This document shows positions 26,461-37,119 of a DNA stretch of 64,000 nt, piece by piece. Location: the NCBI GenBank assembly GCA_963733705.1, contig CAVTEJ010000014.1, forward strand, positions 10,943-74,942, in the 5' to 3' direction. The notes beneath the pieces were generated by a model. It saw only the letters and a program-made list of their open reading frames with translations, did not search any database and had not been told where the DNA came from. The first letter of the stretch is position 1. Every line of letters starts with the position of its first letter. Both the position numbers and the translations under genes were made by a program. This DNA is from an uncultured Planctomycetota bacterium. Its GTDB lineage: Bacteria; Planctomycetota; Planctomycetia; Pirellulales; Lacipirellulaceae.

Positions 26461-26706
26461 CGGAACAACCACCAGCGTGGCAGTGCGGTGGGAATGGCGG
26501 ATGTTGGCTAAACCCAGGTTCAACAACACCCGGGCTGGATCGGACGCGGCTTGCCTGGGGGTGCGACTCCTGAGTTAAGCCTAGTTAATGATGAAGGTAC
26601 AGCACGAGGCTCACTTCGCGACTGCATCAGCAATCGACACCACTTTTTGCTGTCGTAGATCTTGAAGTTGGCATTCGACTGGATGAGTGAATACATCCAG
26701 AGCTGA

Positions 26707-26991
26707 CTAACGAGGCCGACGTCGTTGCCGGAACTGCACGTCATCACCCGCGATCTGACACTCAACGTCGTGTAGATCAAATCGTTCGCGAAGAACGGCA
26801 ACGATTTGATTCAGCCGGTCTTCGGTGGTCGCTGGCTTAATTACATCGCCATCTTCCATGTCTAAAACTTGGTAGGCCTCGATTGAAGGCATGGTTATCT
26901 CGGCAGAATGTCCTTCCTTCAGTTGTTCTGCAATTGCATTCTCGACCCTGTAGTTGTGATCGAGCTCGTTTGCCGCGAGTTTAACTCGCAT
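26707..26991 (-). CDS. Hypothetical protein
   Basis: 94-aa ORF with an ATG start and no family recognised. The overlapping ORF 26520..26801 in another frame (LVSQLWMYSLIQSNANFKIYDSKKW) could be a frameshifted continuation. Confidence 0.35.
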   Translation of the reverse strand: MRVKLAANELDHNYRVENAIAEQLKEGHSAEITMPSIEAYQVLDMEDGDVIKPATTEDRLNQIVAVLRERFDLHDVECQIAGDDVQFRQRRRPR

Positions 26992-27093
26992 GATACACCG
27001 TCCTGTGGGCTTGAACTTCCATGGTTGAACTCAATCAATCGTACCTGGTGCGGGGGCTTGGGCAAGCGTACCTAATCAGGCTGTCAGGGACCG

Positions 27094-27210
27094 TTCAACA
27101 AACCGGCTCCCCAACCTCCACTGCCACCGCCGCAGCGTCCACGCCGCCGTGGTCGAACTCCTAAGTACGCTGCCAAGTTGTCGCCGTGGTCAGTGGGAGA
27201 GATTCAATCA
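27094..27210 (+). repeat. Composite repeat part A, copy 2
   Basis: See 26346-26460. This copy is not preceded by part R. Confidence 0.65.
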
Positions 27211-27237
27211 ACTACGTTCCGACCGGTGCGGGTTGAG

Positions 27238-27591
27238 TTAGCCAGCTTCGATTGGAGCAGGTGGCAACTGTTGCCACCTGAACCAGACCGACGCAACTGG
27301 CAACGGTCGCCAATTGAATACCAGGGATGGCATTGAGTCTGGTTCGTCTCGACCGGCTTTGGCAAAAGTATCGGCCAGAGTGCCTACTGGTTCAGACAGC
27401 GGCTGCTGGAGCAGGAACTGTGCCAGCCTGTTGATCGGAGCAAACACGAGGGTGGGGGCCTGCTCCTGTACTTGTTGTTGCTCCAGTTGCTGCCGGTCAT
27501 GTTCTTCGCAGCGGGCGGCGGCGCACTGAACCCATGCAGATTGAGATATCGCCAAAAGCAGGACGATAGGCCTCAATTGGATGGTTTTCAT
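27238..27591 (-). CDS. Secreted Gln-rich hypothetical protein
   Basis: ATG at 27591. Signal peptide MKTIQLRPIVLLLAISQSAWVQCAAA. Confidence 0.45.
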   Translation of the reverse strand: MKTIQLRPIVLLLAISQSAWVQCAAARCEEHDRQQLEQQQVQEQAPTLVFAPINRLAQFLLQQPLSEPVGTLADTFAKAGRDEPDSMPSLVFNWRPLPVASVWFRWQQLPPAPIEAG

Positions 27592-27713
27592 CAAATACCA
27601 GCTTTTGTTGCTCTTGAAACCCTTCCTGACTGAAAAATACCCTGTCTCGGTACCGGCGAAGACCTTAATTGAAAACGGTCCACTCTTAGGACGATTGGTT
27701 TAACGGCGCCGCG

Positions 27714-28070
27714 TCAGTCCACATCGGTCGTCAGAAAAACCTCATGTACATCTAGAGCGCTAGGACCACGGAACATTTCTTTTGGCGGTCGGCTTGCGTG
27801 GGCTTCGGCAAATGCTTCACTACGTGTCCATGCAACAAAGTCTTCCATTGTGCGCCACCACGTCTTGACCTCGTAGAAGCCGTTTGCGTCTGGATCGTCG
27901 ACGAATGTTCCGGTGTCGTGGTCAAACCGAACTGGTCGCGGCCGATGAACCTCGTTACGGATGAATCCGGGCGACTTGTCGACGAGGTGGACCCGTTTAC
28001 GGAAACGGTTCTCGAAATCAATCTCATGCCCTTTGGCTACAGGAATACGATTGGTTACAACGACAGTCAT
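27714..28070 (-). CDS. Antibiotic-biosynthesis-monooxygenase (ABM) superfamily protein
   Basis: 118 aa. The size and the NRIPVAKGHEIDFENRF...FIRNEV...WTRSEAFAEAH pattern fit the ABM/heme-degrading ferredoxin-like fold. Confidence 0.6.
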   Translation of the reverse strand: MTVVVTNRIPVAKGHEIDFENRFRKRVHLVDKSPGFIRNEVHRPRPVRFDHDTGTFVDDPDANGFYEVKTWWRTMEDFVAWTRSEAFAEAHASRPPKEMFRGPSALDVHEVFLTTDVD

Positions 28071-28170
28071 TGCTCCACCCTGATTCTAAAATGTTGGCCG
28101 AGTGCGAAATCAACATTCTATCAAAACGAACGAAAGTATAGAGCGGCAAGCCAGTTCTGCTGGCGCCAAG

Positions 28171-28224
28171 CCATTAAACGGTGGCTTTTCGGCGTGTCCC
28201 ACGCTCTGTCGAGTTAATGGGACT
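28171..28224 (-). repeat. Recurrent 3' element, copy overlapping the stop of the beta-strand-repeat PEP-CTERM gene
   Basis: Plus strand: GCCATTAAACGGTGGCTTTTCGGCGTGTCCCACGCTCTGTCGAGTTAATGGGAC. It shares AAACGGTGG..TT..G...GAGTT with the other copies. Confidence 0.4.
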
Positions 28225-30621
28225 TTCTATCGGACCGGCGTCGACGGAGACAACAGCCAACTGCTGCGAACATTAATTGCACTAAGGCCGACGGTTCCGG
28301 GACGGTGGCCGACAGCGGTTCGGCGGAGAGTAGCGCCGCGCCGCTGCCAGCCGTTTGGCCGAAGTGGGATCGCCAGGTGCTGTATTGCGCTGTTCCAATC
28401 ATGCCGCCGATGGGATCGTTGGGCAGGACGTTGTTCGTCCCCCGATTTGCGCCACAACACGTAGTCGGCCGCATCCACCACCCCGTTGTTGTTGTAGTCG
28501 CCCGGCAATCCAGCCGAATCGATGCTCAGTATGCCGGCGGTGTAAAATTGCGACGTGTTCCATGCCAGTCCGCCCGCAAGTGTGGGTAGGACGATCGTTG
28601 AGAACGTGCCGCTGAGCGTTCCCCAGTCCAGAATGTCGAACGAGTAAGTGGAACCAGGAGAGAATCCATTGATGAACGAAACGGCGAGGGTGCCGCCCAG
28701 TAACAGTTGGCCTGCCACTTGCACCTGATCGTACTGGGCGCCCGGGGTGGGGCCGCCCAATTCGATGGCCAACGTATTGCCGCCGCCCAGCGTAACGCCG
28801 CCTTGGAAGTTCACGGTCGCTGGGCTGTCGCCCGGGTGGTAGCCGCCGTTGAACGCGGTTGTTCCCGGGCCGAAGAACTGCCCTGCCCCCGAGAACAATT
28901 GATTGAACGCCACGCCGCCGACGATAGTCACCGTCGAGCCGGCCGGGCTGGTGACTGGACCATTGAGCGTGGTATCGATCAGTACGAGCGTGCCATGATT
29001 GACAAGTCCTGTTCCCACGCTCTGTATGCCATCGGTGACGGTCCAGCGTCCGCCGGCATCAAGCTGCACATTGCCGGCCAGCACGTTGCCTCCGACGTTC
29101 GATAACCGGCCGGCGCTGTTGATGTGCAGTGTGTTGGTCGCGTTCAAGTGATCTCCCGTGCCCAGCGAGATGGTGGTTCCCAGCGGGTTGCCACCGCCGA
29201 TGGTTAAACCCGCGGGTCCGGTTACACCCAGCGTGCCGCCGACGAAATTAAACGTGCCGTTGGCTACTAGCGCCGTGGTATTCAGGGTGCCGCCGTTGAT
29301 TGTCAGGTTGGCGGCGGGATCGATCGTAGTCGTGCCTCCAATGGTTACGGTCTGGTTCGCCGCGATGCTCGGATTGGGACCTAGCAAGCCTCCTGTACTG
29401 ACCGACAGGTTGCCGGTAAGCGACAGCCCGCCGGTGATGAAGTTAAGTTGTGCGCCTCCGAGCGAGAATGTACCCAAATCGACCGTGCCTCCGTTGATGG
29501 TCAGCGTGCCGGTTCCCAAAGCTTGATTGCTACCGACGATCAGCGTGCCATCAGTAACCGTCACACCGCCGGTGAAGTTATTGACGCCGTTCAGCACCAA
29601 GGTACCCAGGCCGGATTTGGTTATCGCGAAGGTCCCGCTGACGGCGTTATTGAGCGTGAGGCTGCCGCTGCTTTGTGTGACGCCGATCGTCGTGTCCGCA
29701 GTAAGCGTAGTGCCATTCGTGGGTGTGATCGTCGAAGCACCGGCCGCCGTGTTGACGAGCGCCCGCGCCGCCAATGCCGGTTCCTTGGAGATTGAGCGTC
29801 GAGAAGGTTTCATTTCGCGCGTTGGTGTCAAAACCACCAGTGGTCACGATTACGGTCCCCAGATCATAGATCTGATCCCCGCCGGTACCGCCGAGTTGGG
29901 CCGTGCCGCCGCTGATCGTCAGCGCGTCCTGGCCAATCGCGTGCACACCTCCGCTGCTCGTCTTGGCCAGAACAACGGTGCCGCCGTTGACGGTTACAGG
30001 TAGGCTGTTGTTATCCGTGGCGCCGCTGAGCGTGAGCGTGCCGCTGCCAATCTTGGTCAGAACAGTGTTCGCAGTGTTGACGCTGCCGCTGAGCGTGGTG
30101 TTGCCGCTTCCGCCGACCTGGAAATTGAATCCTTGGAGGTTGCTGACGGTTCCGCTGACTGTTAGCAAATTGCTGGAGTTATTCGTCCACGACTCGCCTC
30201 CTGAGACGGGATTGAGGGTCACGGCCGTACTGACCGTATCGGCTCCGGCGCCAGCGATGACGCTGATTCCTGACTCTCCAAGGGTAAGCGTATTCGTACC
30301 GCTGCCCGTTTGAATGACAACCGTGCCCGCGCTATTGAAGACCAGCCCCACCGCCTTCTGCGCCGCATTGAGATTCACAGTTTGCGCGGTGTTGACCGTC
30401 GTGATGTTGAAACGGAAGAGGACGTACGAGCCGATCGGCCCGCCCGGATCGGGGCCCGTCGCGCTTGAAGAAAGCGACCAAGAGCTGGCCAAGCTCCAAC
30501 TCGTGCCAGTTCCATCCCAATAGATATCCTGCGCCTTGCAAAGCCGTACCGGCATGGTCAGTGCCACCAACAGAGTCATGGCAGCGAAGACGAACGGCCC
30601 GCAATACAAGGTACGCCGCAT
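28214..30621 (-). pseudogene. Autotransporter-associated beta-strand-repeat protein with dockerin-like segment and PEP-CTERM anchor; two frameshifts
   Basis: Signal peptide MRRTLYCGPFVFAAMTLLVALTMPVRLCKA. Repeats such as TLSGSVNTANTVLTKIGSGTLTLSG. The frame changes near 29760 (GIGGAGA / LVNTAAGAS) and at the C5 run 28439-28443 (DAADYVLWRKSG / TNNVLPNDPIGG). The true end is ...VPEPSALVQLMFAAVGCCLRRRRSDRKSH at 28214. Confidence 0.8.
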
Positions 30622-31114
30622 GAACCACCTCCCACGGGCAAGCTGCCGAGATTGACTCGCTCAGCGCGTTGGATCGGAGACCGCAGCTGCTCCCCCCGTT
30701 CATGCGGCCAGCGCTGTGAGTATACAGCCGGTGCAAATCAACCGCAAATTTTAGCCGCCGAGCGCAAACCGTCGAGGAAATCGCCGACACGACAGGATTT
30801 GGCGGTCGATTTGCAGTTCTTGGACGATGTCCAAGTCGCGAAAGGGGGTTGGTAAAGCGGTTGCCGTCGATGCTGGGGATCTGGAACATTCTGGTGTTGA
30901 GCTCGCGGCCATGGACTGAGTCTTCGACGGCCAAGTATCGTTGGTTTGACGATGCACTTCGAACCGCGATCCGTCGGCCCGACTCATTCCCAGAAAAGGT
31001 ATGAGTTGTCGACACTATATATAGGTCTCAGAGATCGCCCGCGGCGATGAGTTTTAAGACGCATGATGGACGGCGTTCATCAGGACCAATGGAACCTGCG
31101 GAGCGCGAACCGGA

Positions 31115-31169
31115 GGCCGCTAAACGGTGGTTTGTTGACCAGCGTCACGCGCTGATGAGTTCTTGACGC
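31115..31169 (-). repeat. Recurrent 3' element copy (a second AACTCAT box lies at 31046-31070)
   Basis: Plus strand: GGCCGCTAAACGGTGGTTTGTTGACCAGCGTCACGCGCTGATGAGTTCTTGACGC. It overlaps the stop codon at 31145. Confidence 0.45.
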
Positions 31170-31584
31170 ATCCTACCGCCCGTATGGCAAATACAGGCCG
31201 CCGCCATGATAACGAGCAATGAAGTCGCCGGCTCGGGGACGGGAGAAACTACATAGCCGAAGACGCCTCCGCCCGCGGGTGGACGGACAAGGCCGACGAA
31301 CTGGCCGTGGTCGTTGAAGCCTTGGATCGAGCTGAAGGTCCCTGTCCCCAAGCCGTTGATCGACGGAGTGACCGGGTGAAGGCTCCGGGCTGGGTGATGA
31401 TGTACCCGCTCGCCTGACCGTGGTTGTTTATGTCGAACAACCAACTGTCGACGACGCCGGCGTGGTAGGGCGTTATCAGGATGTCGATCGAATACGGCCC
31501 AGCGGTCGCCCGCTCGGCACAGGCCATCGACAACATCGCGGTGGTCAGGCCAAGTACCCTGAAGAATCTAGGTCTTCCCGTCAT
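31145..31584 (-). pseudogene. Small HAF-type repeat (NNHGQ) PEP-CTERM protein, one frameshift
   Basis: ORF 31249..31584 has a signal peptide and FDINNHGQASGYIITQPGA. ORF 31145..31444 has GFNDHGQFVGLV and VPEPATSLLVIMAAACI. They join near 31380. Confidence 0.7.
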
Positions 31585-31852
31585 GAGGTCACTCTTTCTA
31601 TTTGTGGGAATGGGATAGAAGTTGAATCGTGGACTGCAGATTTTCAGTTCGGCGTCGGCGTTTTTTGCTGAGTCCGCGAATCATTCAATTTGCCATTCGC
31701 GAGCACCAACGTCTTGCTTCGTCATTTGTTGCTGGTTGACGTTCGTTGCCGATCGTTGAGCGGTCGGTACTAAGAATCGATCGTACGGCTCGGCGGGAGC
31801 TTCGCCCCCCCGAGTTTTGAAGCAGCATTCGCCGGGTCTTTGTCAGAGTGCC

Positions 31853-34800
31853 TTACGGGCTGGCCCGTTCTTCCAGGGGTCGGAATTCAGGGTGCTGCCT
31901 GCGGTATTGCCGCCAGCGGTCGAGCCATTCAGTGTTGGACAGATTGACGATTGTCGAGCCGTTAATTCTCGAGTTGGAAAGCAGTTCAGCCCACAGCAGC
32001 GACTCTTCCGGCGAACTCTTTGCGGTGCCCGCGAGGCTTTGAAGATCGATGACCTGGAAGAAATTGGAGGTACCCGACACCAGTGCCCAATGTCCATCCG
32101 GTGTCATATCCAACAGCGGAAACTCGCCGGTTCCCGTGGCAGTCTGTGTGGAAATGGCATAGCCGGTGTGGGCGTCCCACAGCTGAATGCCGCTGGCGCC
32201 GGCGCTGACCACGAAACGGCCATCCGGCGTAAAGCGTATGTCCGTCGGCCAGCCTCCAGGAGACATCGCACATGCCAACTTTCCCGTGTTCACTTCCCAA
32301 ACCCGAGTCTGCCCGTCCTGGCACGCAGTGGCCATTAGTTGCCCATCGTGGCTAAAATCGATCGTCAAGACATGGCCCGGATGGCCAATTGGCGGGCATA
32401 ACTCCTTGCCAATCTCAGCGTCCCAAAGACACAGGCGTCCGTCCTGGCTTCCAGTCGCCAGGACTCGCCCGTCGGGAGACTCCGCGAAGGCCCAACAGTC
32501 CAGGCGATGCTTGACAGCATAGCGCTCTTGGCCGGTGGTGCGATCCCACGCCTGAACCACCAGCGAGCCCCATGTGAAGAACGTTTTGCCGTCGCGGCTG
32601 AAGCCAATGGTGCCACGTCTCGACATCCACGGATAGGAGCCCTCGACCGTGCGGGTCGCGCCGCATTTCACACGGAGCAATTCGCCGCCCGTGGACGGAT
32701 CGACCAAAATCGCTGTCCCATCGATGCAATGCACTGCGACGGCCTTGCCGTCGGGGGCAAAGCAGGTCGAAACCGGCTCCGAGTCGAACTGAAAGGGTTT
32801 GCAGACTAACGTTCCCGTCCGCCAGTTCCAAATTCGCAATTGCCTTGGGTCCTCGTGCTTTCCTGTGACGGCGGCCACCAGCTGGCTGTTTGGCGAGAAG
32901 TCGGCGCTGATCAGCTCGGCATCCAGTGCCAGTGCCTCGCCGACAGGCTCACCGGTCGCGGTGGCACACACCTGGATCGTTTTGACCGTCGTGGAACCGG
33001 CGGTCTTGCCGATGGGCATCGTATACTGACCGTCAGGCGAAAACGCTGCCCACGTGAATCCGCCGTCGAGACGTACCTTGTGGCTGAGCGGCGTGCTGGA
33101 CGAAGTTGTTGGTACTCGGAATACCTGGACGACGCCGATATCGAGAATCGCCATGAATTTCCCGTCCCCGGAGAAAGCCGGATGGGCTCCGCGGTTCACA
33201 ATCGGAAAGACCCGGGATTTCGATTTTCCCGGTTCGATTTTGTAGACTTCGACGCCCTGATCCCAGTTGGCAAAGAGACGGCCGTTTGGACCGAACGCCA
33301 TGCCCACGATGTTGCTGAATGCCTGGATCTGTTTTCTTGTACGCGCGCTGTACATCGCACTGCCCACGGCGATCATGTGACCATCGGGCGACGCGGCCAC
33401 ATCGCGAGGTTCGGAAATGCGCGGGCTTTCAGTCATGGCCAGTTCCGCGCCTGAGGCCGTGTCATACCATTTAATTTGGCCTGGCAACTGCTTCGTGCCG
33501 TTCTCCTGGATGGTGACCAGCACGCGACCCTCGTCCGCAAAGACAGGAGGTTTCGTGAAGTAGTCTGTTGAGGCCGCCCCAGTTCCTCGGAACATATGCG
33601 TCACGGGACCAAGCACTTGTCGAAGCTGGGGCATCGCGGAATCGGTCGACTCGATGGAGAACAGGCGGGCCTTGGCCTCGCTGTCGGTTGCGGTAACGAG
33701 CTGCGCTGTTGTCGGAGAGAAGCCGAGGTAGACGATTTCCGCCGGATGCTTGGCGATCGCCGGGTCACCCTGGCCGGATACCTCCCACACCAGCAGTTTT
33801 TTTCCGCTCGCAGCCGCCACGAATCGCCCATCGATGGCAGCGGCAACGTGCTTGACGGGGCCGCCGGCATCCCATTGGTGCAGGATCTTCAGGTCCGGCA
33901 TCGATGCAAGTGCCACGTGTCCCCCTGGACTCGCTAGCAACACCTGCCCTCGAGACGCCCAGACCGCGTCGCTAGGCGGATCAAACGCCCCCGATGGATG
34001 GAGCGGCTGCTCGGTTACCAAATCCCAAATCTGCGGCGGCGCGTCGATCGTTCCGCGCCGTCTGAAAGTGAGTAAATATCGGGAATTCTCCGGGTCAAAG
34101 GTCAATTGGTTGTCGCCATTATCGGCTTGTCCGAAAGCCGCCACGGGTGTCCATTGACCTTGCAGCCAGTTGTTCACGCGGATCAGGTTGGCTCGGACGC
34201 GCTGCGGATCGTCGCGTGAGGTGACGGCGGCATTTGCGAACCAAAGAGCTGCTCGCGCGTTCCATGTCGCATTGGAATCTTCCAGCCCACGCGAGGTGTA
34301 ATTGTCCGCGAGTTGGAGTGTCGCTTGAAGCTTCGCCGTGACCGCCGCGTCCTTGGCTTGCCGTTCGGCGTCGGTGGCTTCTTGCGCCTGGTTGGCGCTA
34401 GTGACGGCTTCGCGGCGGGCTTGTTCTTTGTCGTCGCGATCTTGAATTGCTTGTTGCTCGGCGGCGTGGCGCGGAGGGCTTGCCAGGTGCTGAGGGCGGC
34501 ACCAATCACGAGCGTGATTGCAATGAGAGCGGTCGTGATCGCTGGCCCGCGATTTCGGCGAACGAATTTGCGAAATCGGTAGGATGCCGATGGCGGGCAG
34601 GCCTGCACCGGTTCGTCGTTCAAATAGCGTTCGACGTCGGCGGCGAAGCCGCCCGCCGTCTCGTAACGGCGGTTGCGGTCTTTCTCCAGAGTCTTCATCA
34701 CGATCCAATCCAACTCGCCGCGGATCAGATTCGTTAGCTTGGCCGGCTCCATGTGCCGCAGGGCCGAGATCGACGCCAGCGCCTCGCCCGATTCGGAGAG

Positions 34801-35760
34801 GCGCGTGCTTGGCTTGGGAGGCTCATCCTCCTTGATCATCCGCAGAATCTCGGCGTACGCTGCGTCCTTCATCCGCTTGTTGCTCAGCGGCGTGCTGCCC
34901 GTCAGCAATTCGTACAAGAGCACGCCCAGCGAATAGATGTCGCTACGAGTATCGGCGCCCAGAGCGCTCATCTCCGCCTGCTCCGGGCTCATGTATTCCA
35001 GCGTGCCGACCATCGTGCCGAAGTGCGTAAACAGCGTCCGCTCGGTCAGCTTTTGCTCCGTGGCCTTCGCCACGCCGAAGTCGATCACTTTGGGGACCGG
35101 TTTGCCGTCGTAGAGCGTGACCATCACGTTGGTCGGTTTGATATCGCGGTGGATAATCCCCTTCTGGTGCGCGTGCTGAATCGCCTGGCAGACCGGCACG
35201 AAGAGTTCCAGGCGCTCGCGCGGCGTCAGGTGGTTGTCGTCGCAATACTTGGTGATCGGCACGCCGTGGACCAACTCCATGACAAAGTAGGGCCGTCCGC
35301 TGTTAGTCGCCCCGGCATCCAGGACGCGGGCAATATTGACATGGTCCATCATCGACAGTGCTTGCCGCTCGGCCTCGAACCGCGCGATCACCTGGCGGCT
35401 GTCCAAACCCGGCTTGATGACCTTGAGCGCGACCTTGCGCTGAATTGGCTCGGTCTGCTCGGCCATGAAAACCGTGCCCATGCCCCCTTCGCCGATTTGC
35501 TGCAGCAGCTTATACGGGCCAATTCGGAGTCCCACGTTGATATCGCGGCCAGGGCTGCAAATTGTCGGCGCAGCATTGCCGGCGGGCGATTCTAAGAAGC
35601 TGCCGGCGTTCTCGTACGCTCTCAACAACGCGTCGACACGCTCGCGAACTTCCGGCGCGGCCCCGCAAGCCTTATCTAGGTACGCCTCTCGTTCGCCACC
35701 GGCCGGCAGTTCAACCGCGGAATCAAAAATTAAACGCACATTGGGGGAATCGGTCGACAT
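31853..35760 (-). pseudogene. Ser/Thr protein kinase - TM - coiled coil - WD40 beta-propeller, one frameshift
   Basis: Kinase motifs: [40 protein letters not shown] segment: [17 protein letters not shown]. The frame changes near 34465 (STWQALRA / [14 protein letters not shown]). WD40-like repeats then run to 31853. Confidence 0.85.
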
Positions 35761-35864
35761 ATGGCTGCTTTATCGCTGGTTTGGCGCTTCCAATACCCAA
35801 TGCGATATTCGCGCCCAGTTTGTGCCACACAAAACGATTTTAGCGTCGCGTACGGCGTGCTGCT

Positions 35865-36416
35865 TCAGTTTAGCCGTTCGTACAGCCACGCCCGCGCGAA
35901 GGTCCAGTGCCGGTTCACCGTCCGCGCGGAAATGCCCAGCGCCGCCGCCGTTTCCTCGATCGTGAGAGCCGCGAAATATCGAAGCTTTACCACCCGCGCC
36001 GCCTCCGGCTCCTCGTCCTCCAACTGTCCGAGCGCTTCGTCCAGCGCTAGCAAATTCGTATCGGACTCGTCGGACACTTGCAGCTGGCTATCCAAATCAA
36101 CCCGTTTCAACTCACCTCCGTGCCGAATGCGCCCTTTGCGACGCGCGTTTTCAATCAGAATGCGCCGCATCGCCTCGGCAGCCGCGGCAAAGAAGTGCCC
36201 CCGATTGCTCCACTCGGCATCATTCGCGTCGCCGACGAGCCGCACATAGGCCTCGTGAACCAGTCCCGTCGCCTGCAGGGTTTGCCCGGGCCGCTCCTGC
36301 GCCATCTTCTGAGCCGCCAACTTCCGCAGCTCGCTGTAGACCAGCGGCAAGAGCTGACTGGCGGCGCCTGAGTCGCCGGATTCGACTTGCGAGAGAATCT
36401 GCGTGACATCGGCCAT
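35865..36416 (-). CDS. ECF-type sigma factor (Sigma70_ECF/PF07638-like, kinase-associated type)
   Basis: 183 aa: TQILSQVESGDSGAASQLLPLVYSELRKLAAQKMAQERPGQTLQATGLVHEAYVRLVG. The region-4 HTH is TIEETAAALGISARTVNRHW. It sits directly upstream of the kinase. Confidence 0.85.
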   Translation of the reverse strand: MADVTQILSQVESGDSGAASQLLPLVYSELRKLAAQKMAQERPGQTLQATGLVHEAYVRLVGDANDAEWSNRGHFFAAAAEAMRRILIENARRKGRIRHGGELKRVDLDSQLQVSDESDTNLLALDEALGQLEDEEPEAARVVKLRYFAALTIEETAAALGISARTVNRHWTFARAWLYERLN

Positions 36417-36451
36417 CGCCGTGGCCCCTCGTTATGTTGGGTGATAGTCCG

Positions 36452-36457
36452 ATTATA
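36452..36457 (-). promoter_or_regulatory. Possible -10 box (TATAAT on the minus strand) for the ECF sigma/kinase operon
   Basis: A perfect TATAAT lies 36 nt upstream of the ATG. The nearest TTGCCG lies 20 nt upstream of it, which is longer than ideal spacing. Confidence 0.25.
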
Positions 36458-36684
36458 ACAAGAGCGAGAAACGCCCGCGGCAAGACCGTCCACAACTCGA
36501 ATCCCAACTTAAGAGTTGCCCACAGCTGACAACTGGGGGACCAACTGGCTCGGCGCGGGCTCACATCCGTCTCCAAGAAAGGTTGGATTGATGACGCACG
36601 ATAATCGTCGTCCGGCCCAATCCATCTCGAACGCCGCACGCCCACGTTTTATGGCACACGATTCACGTCTCAGAAAACCTGTGT

Positions 36685-36733
36685 CAGGACGGTGGTTTGT
36701 CGACCGGTGTCACGCGTCATGAGTTTATGAGAC
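36685..36733 (-). repeat. Recurrent 3' element copy
   Basis: Plus strand: CAGGACGGTGGTTTGTCGACCGGTGTCACGCGTCATGAGTTTATGAGACC, about 55 nt after the stop at 36787. Confidence 0.4.
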
Positions 36734-36786
36734 CATCGGGTCGCATTAATAGAACGAATTGCCCCAGCTCGCCATGTGGTGCAAAG

Positions 36787-37119
36787 TTAAGGATGTCGCT
36801 TTTCGTAGCCGTTGGATTGGATGGTATAAACCGGAGCGGTCCCTTTTTCGTATTCTTGAACGTCGACGTCGACTCGGCGAAATTTCTTGGAGTTCGGTTC
36901 TGTTACTTTCTCGAAGCGGGCCATCAGGAAACCGCTGCCAACTCGACTGGCGGATAGTATGTCCTCAATTGTCAGCGGCGGCGAATCCGACAGCTCAGTC
37001 TTGAGCTTTTCATTTGCTTGTTCTAGGATCGTCTGACGTTCTGAAGCGTCACCCAGGATCGCTCGACAATCTAAGTACGTGGCATATTTATTCAGACTAG
37101 CAACTCCATCGAGTTTCAT
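36787..37119 (-). CDS. Hypothetical protein
   Basis: 110-aa ORF that overlaps the upstream ORF by 23 nt. It could be a frameshifted continuation of 37097..37681. Confidence 0.4.
   Translation of the reverse strand: MKLDGVASLNKYATYLDCRAILGDASERQTILEQANEKLKTELSDSPPLTIEDILSASRVGSGFLMARFEKVTEPNSKKFRRVDVDVQEYEKGTAPVYTIQSNGYEKRHP

Noticed and set aside
30332-31015. 227-aa minus-strand ORF upstream of the beta-strand-repeat gene
   Set aside because: Its 3' part overlaps the signal-peptide region of that gene in another frame. The rest has no motifs and sits in what looks like the promoter region.
31146-31165. CTGATGAG, the hammerhead-ribozyme core heptamer, inside a 3' element copy
   Set aside because: There is no GAAA/cleavage-site partner or three-stem arrangement nearby. 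The other copies of the element have ATGAGT, ACGAGT or TAATGAG instead, so the match is coincidental.
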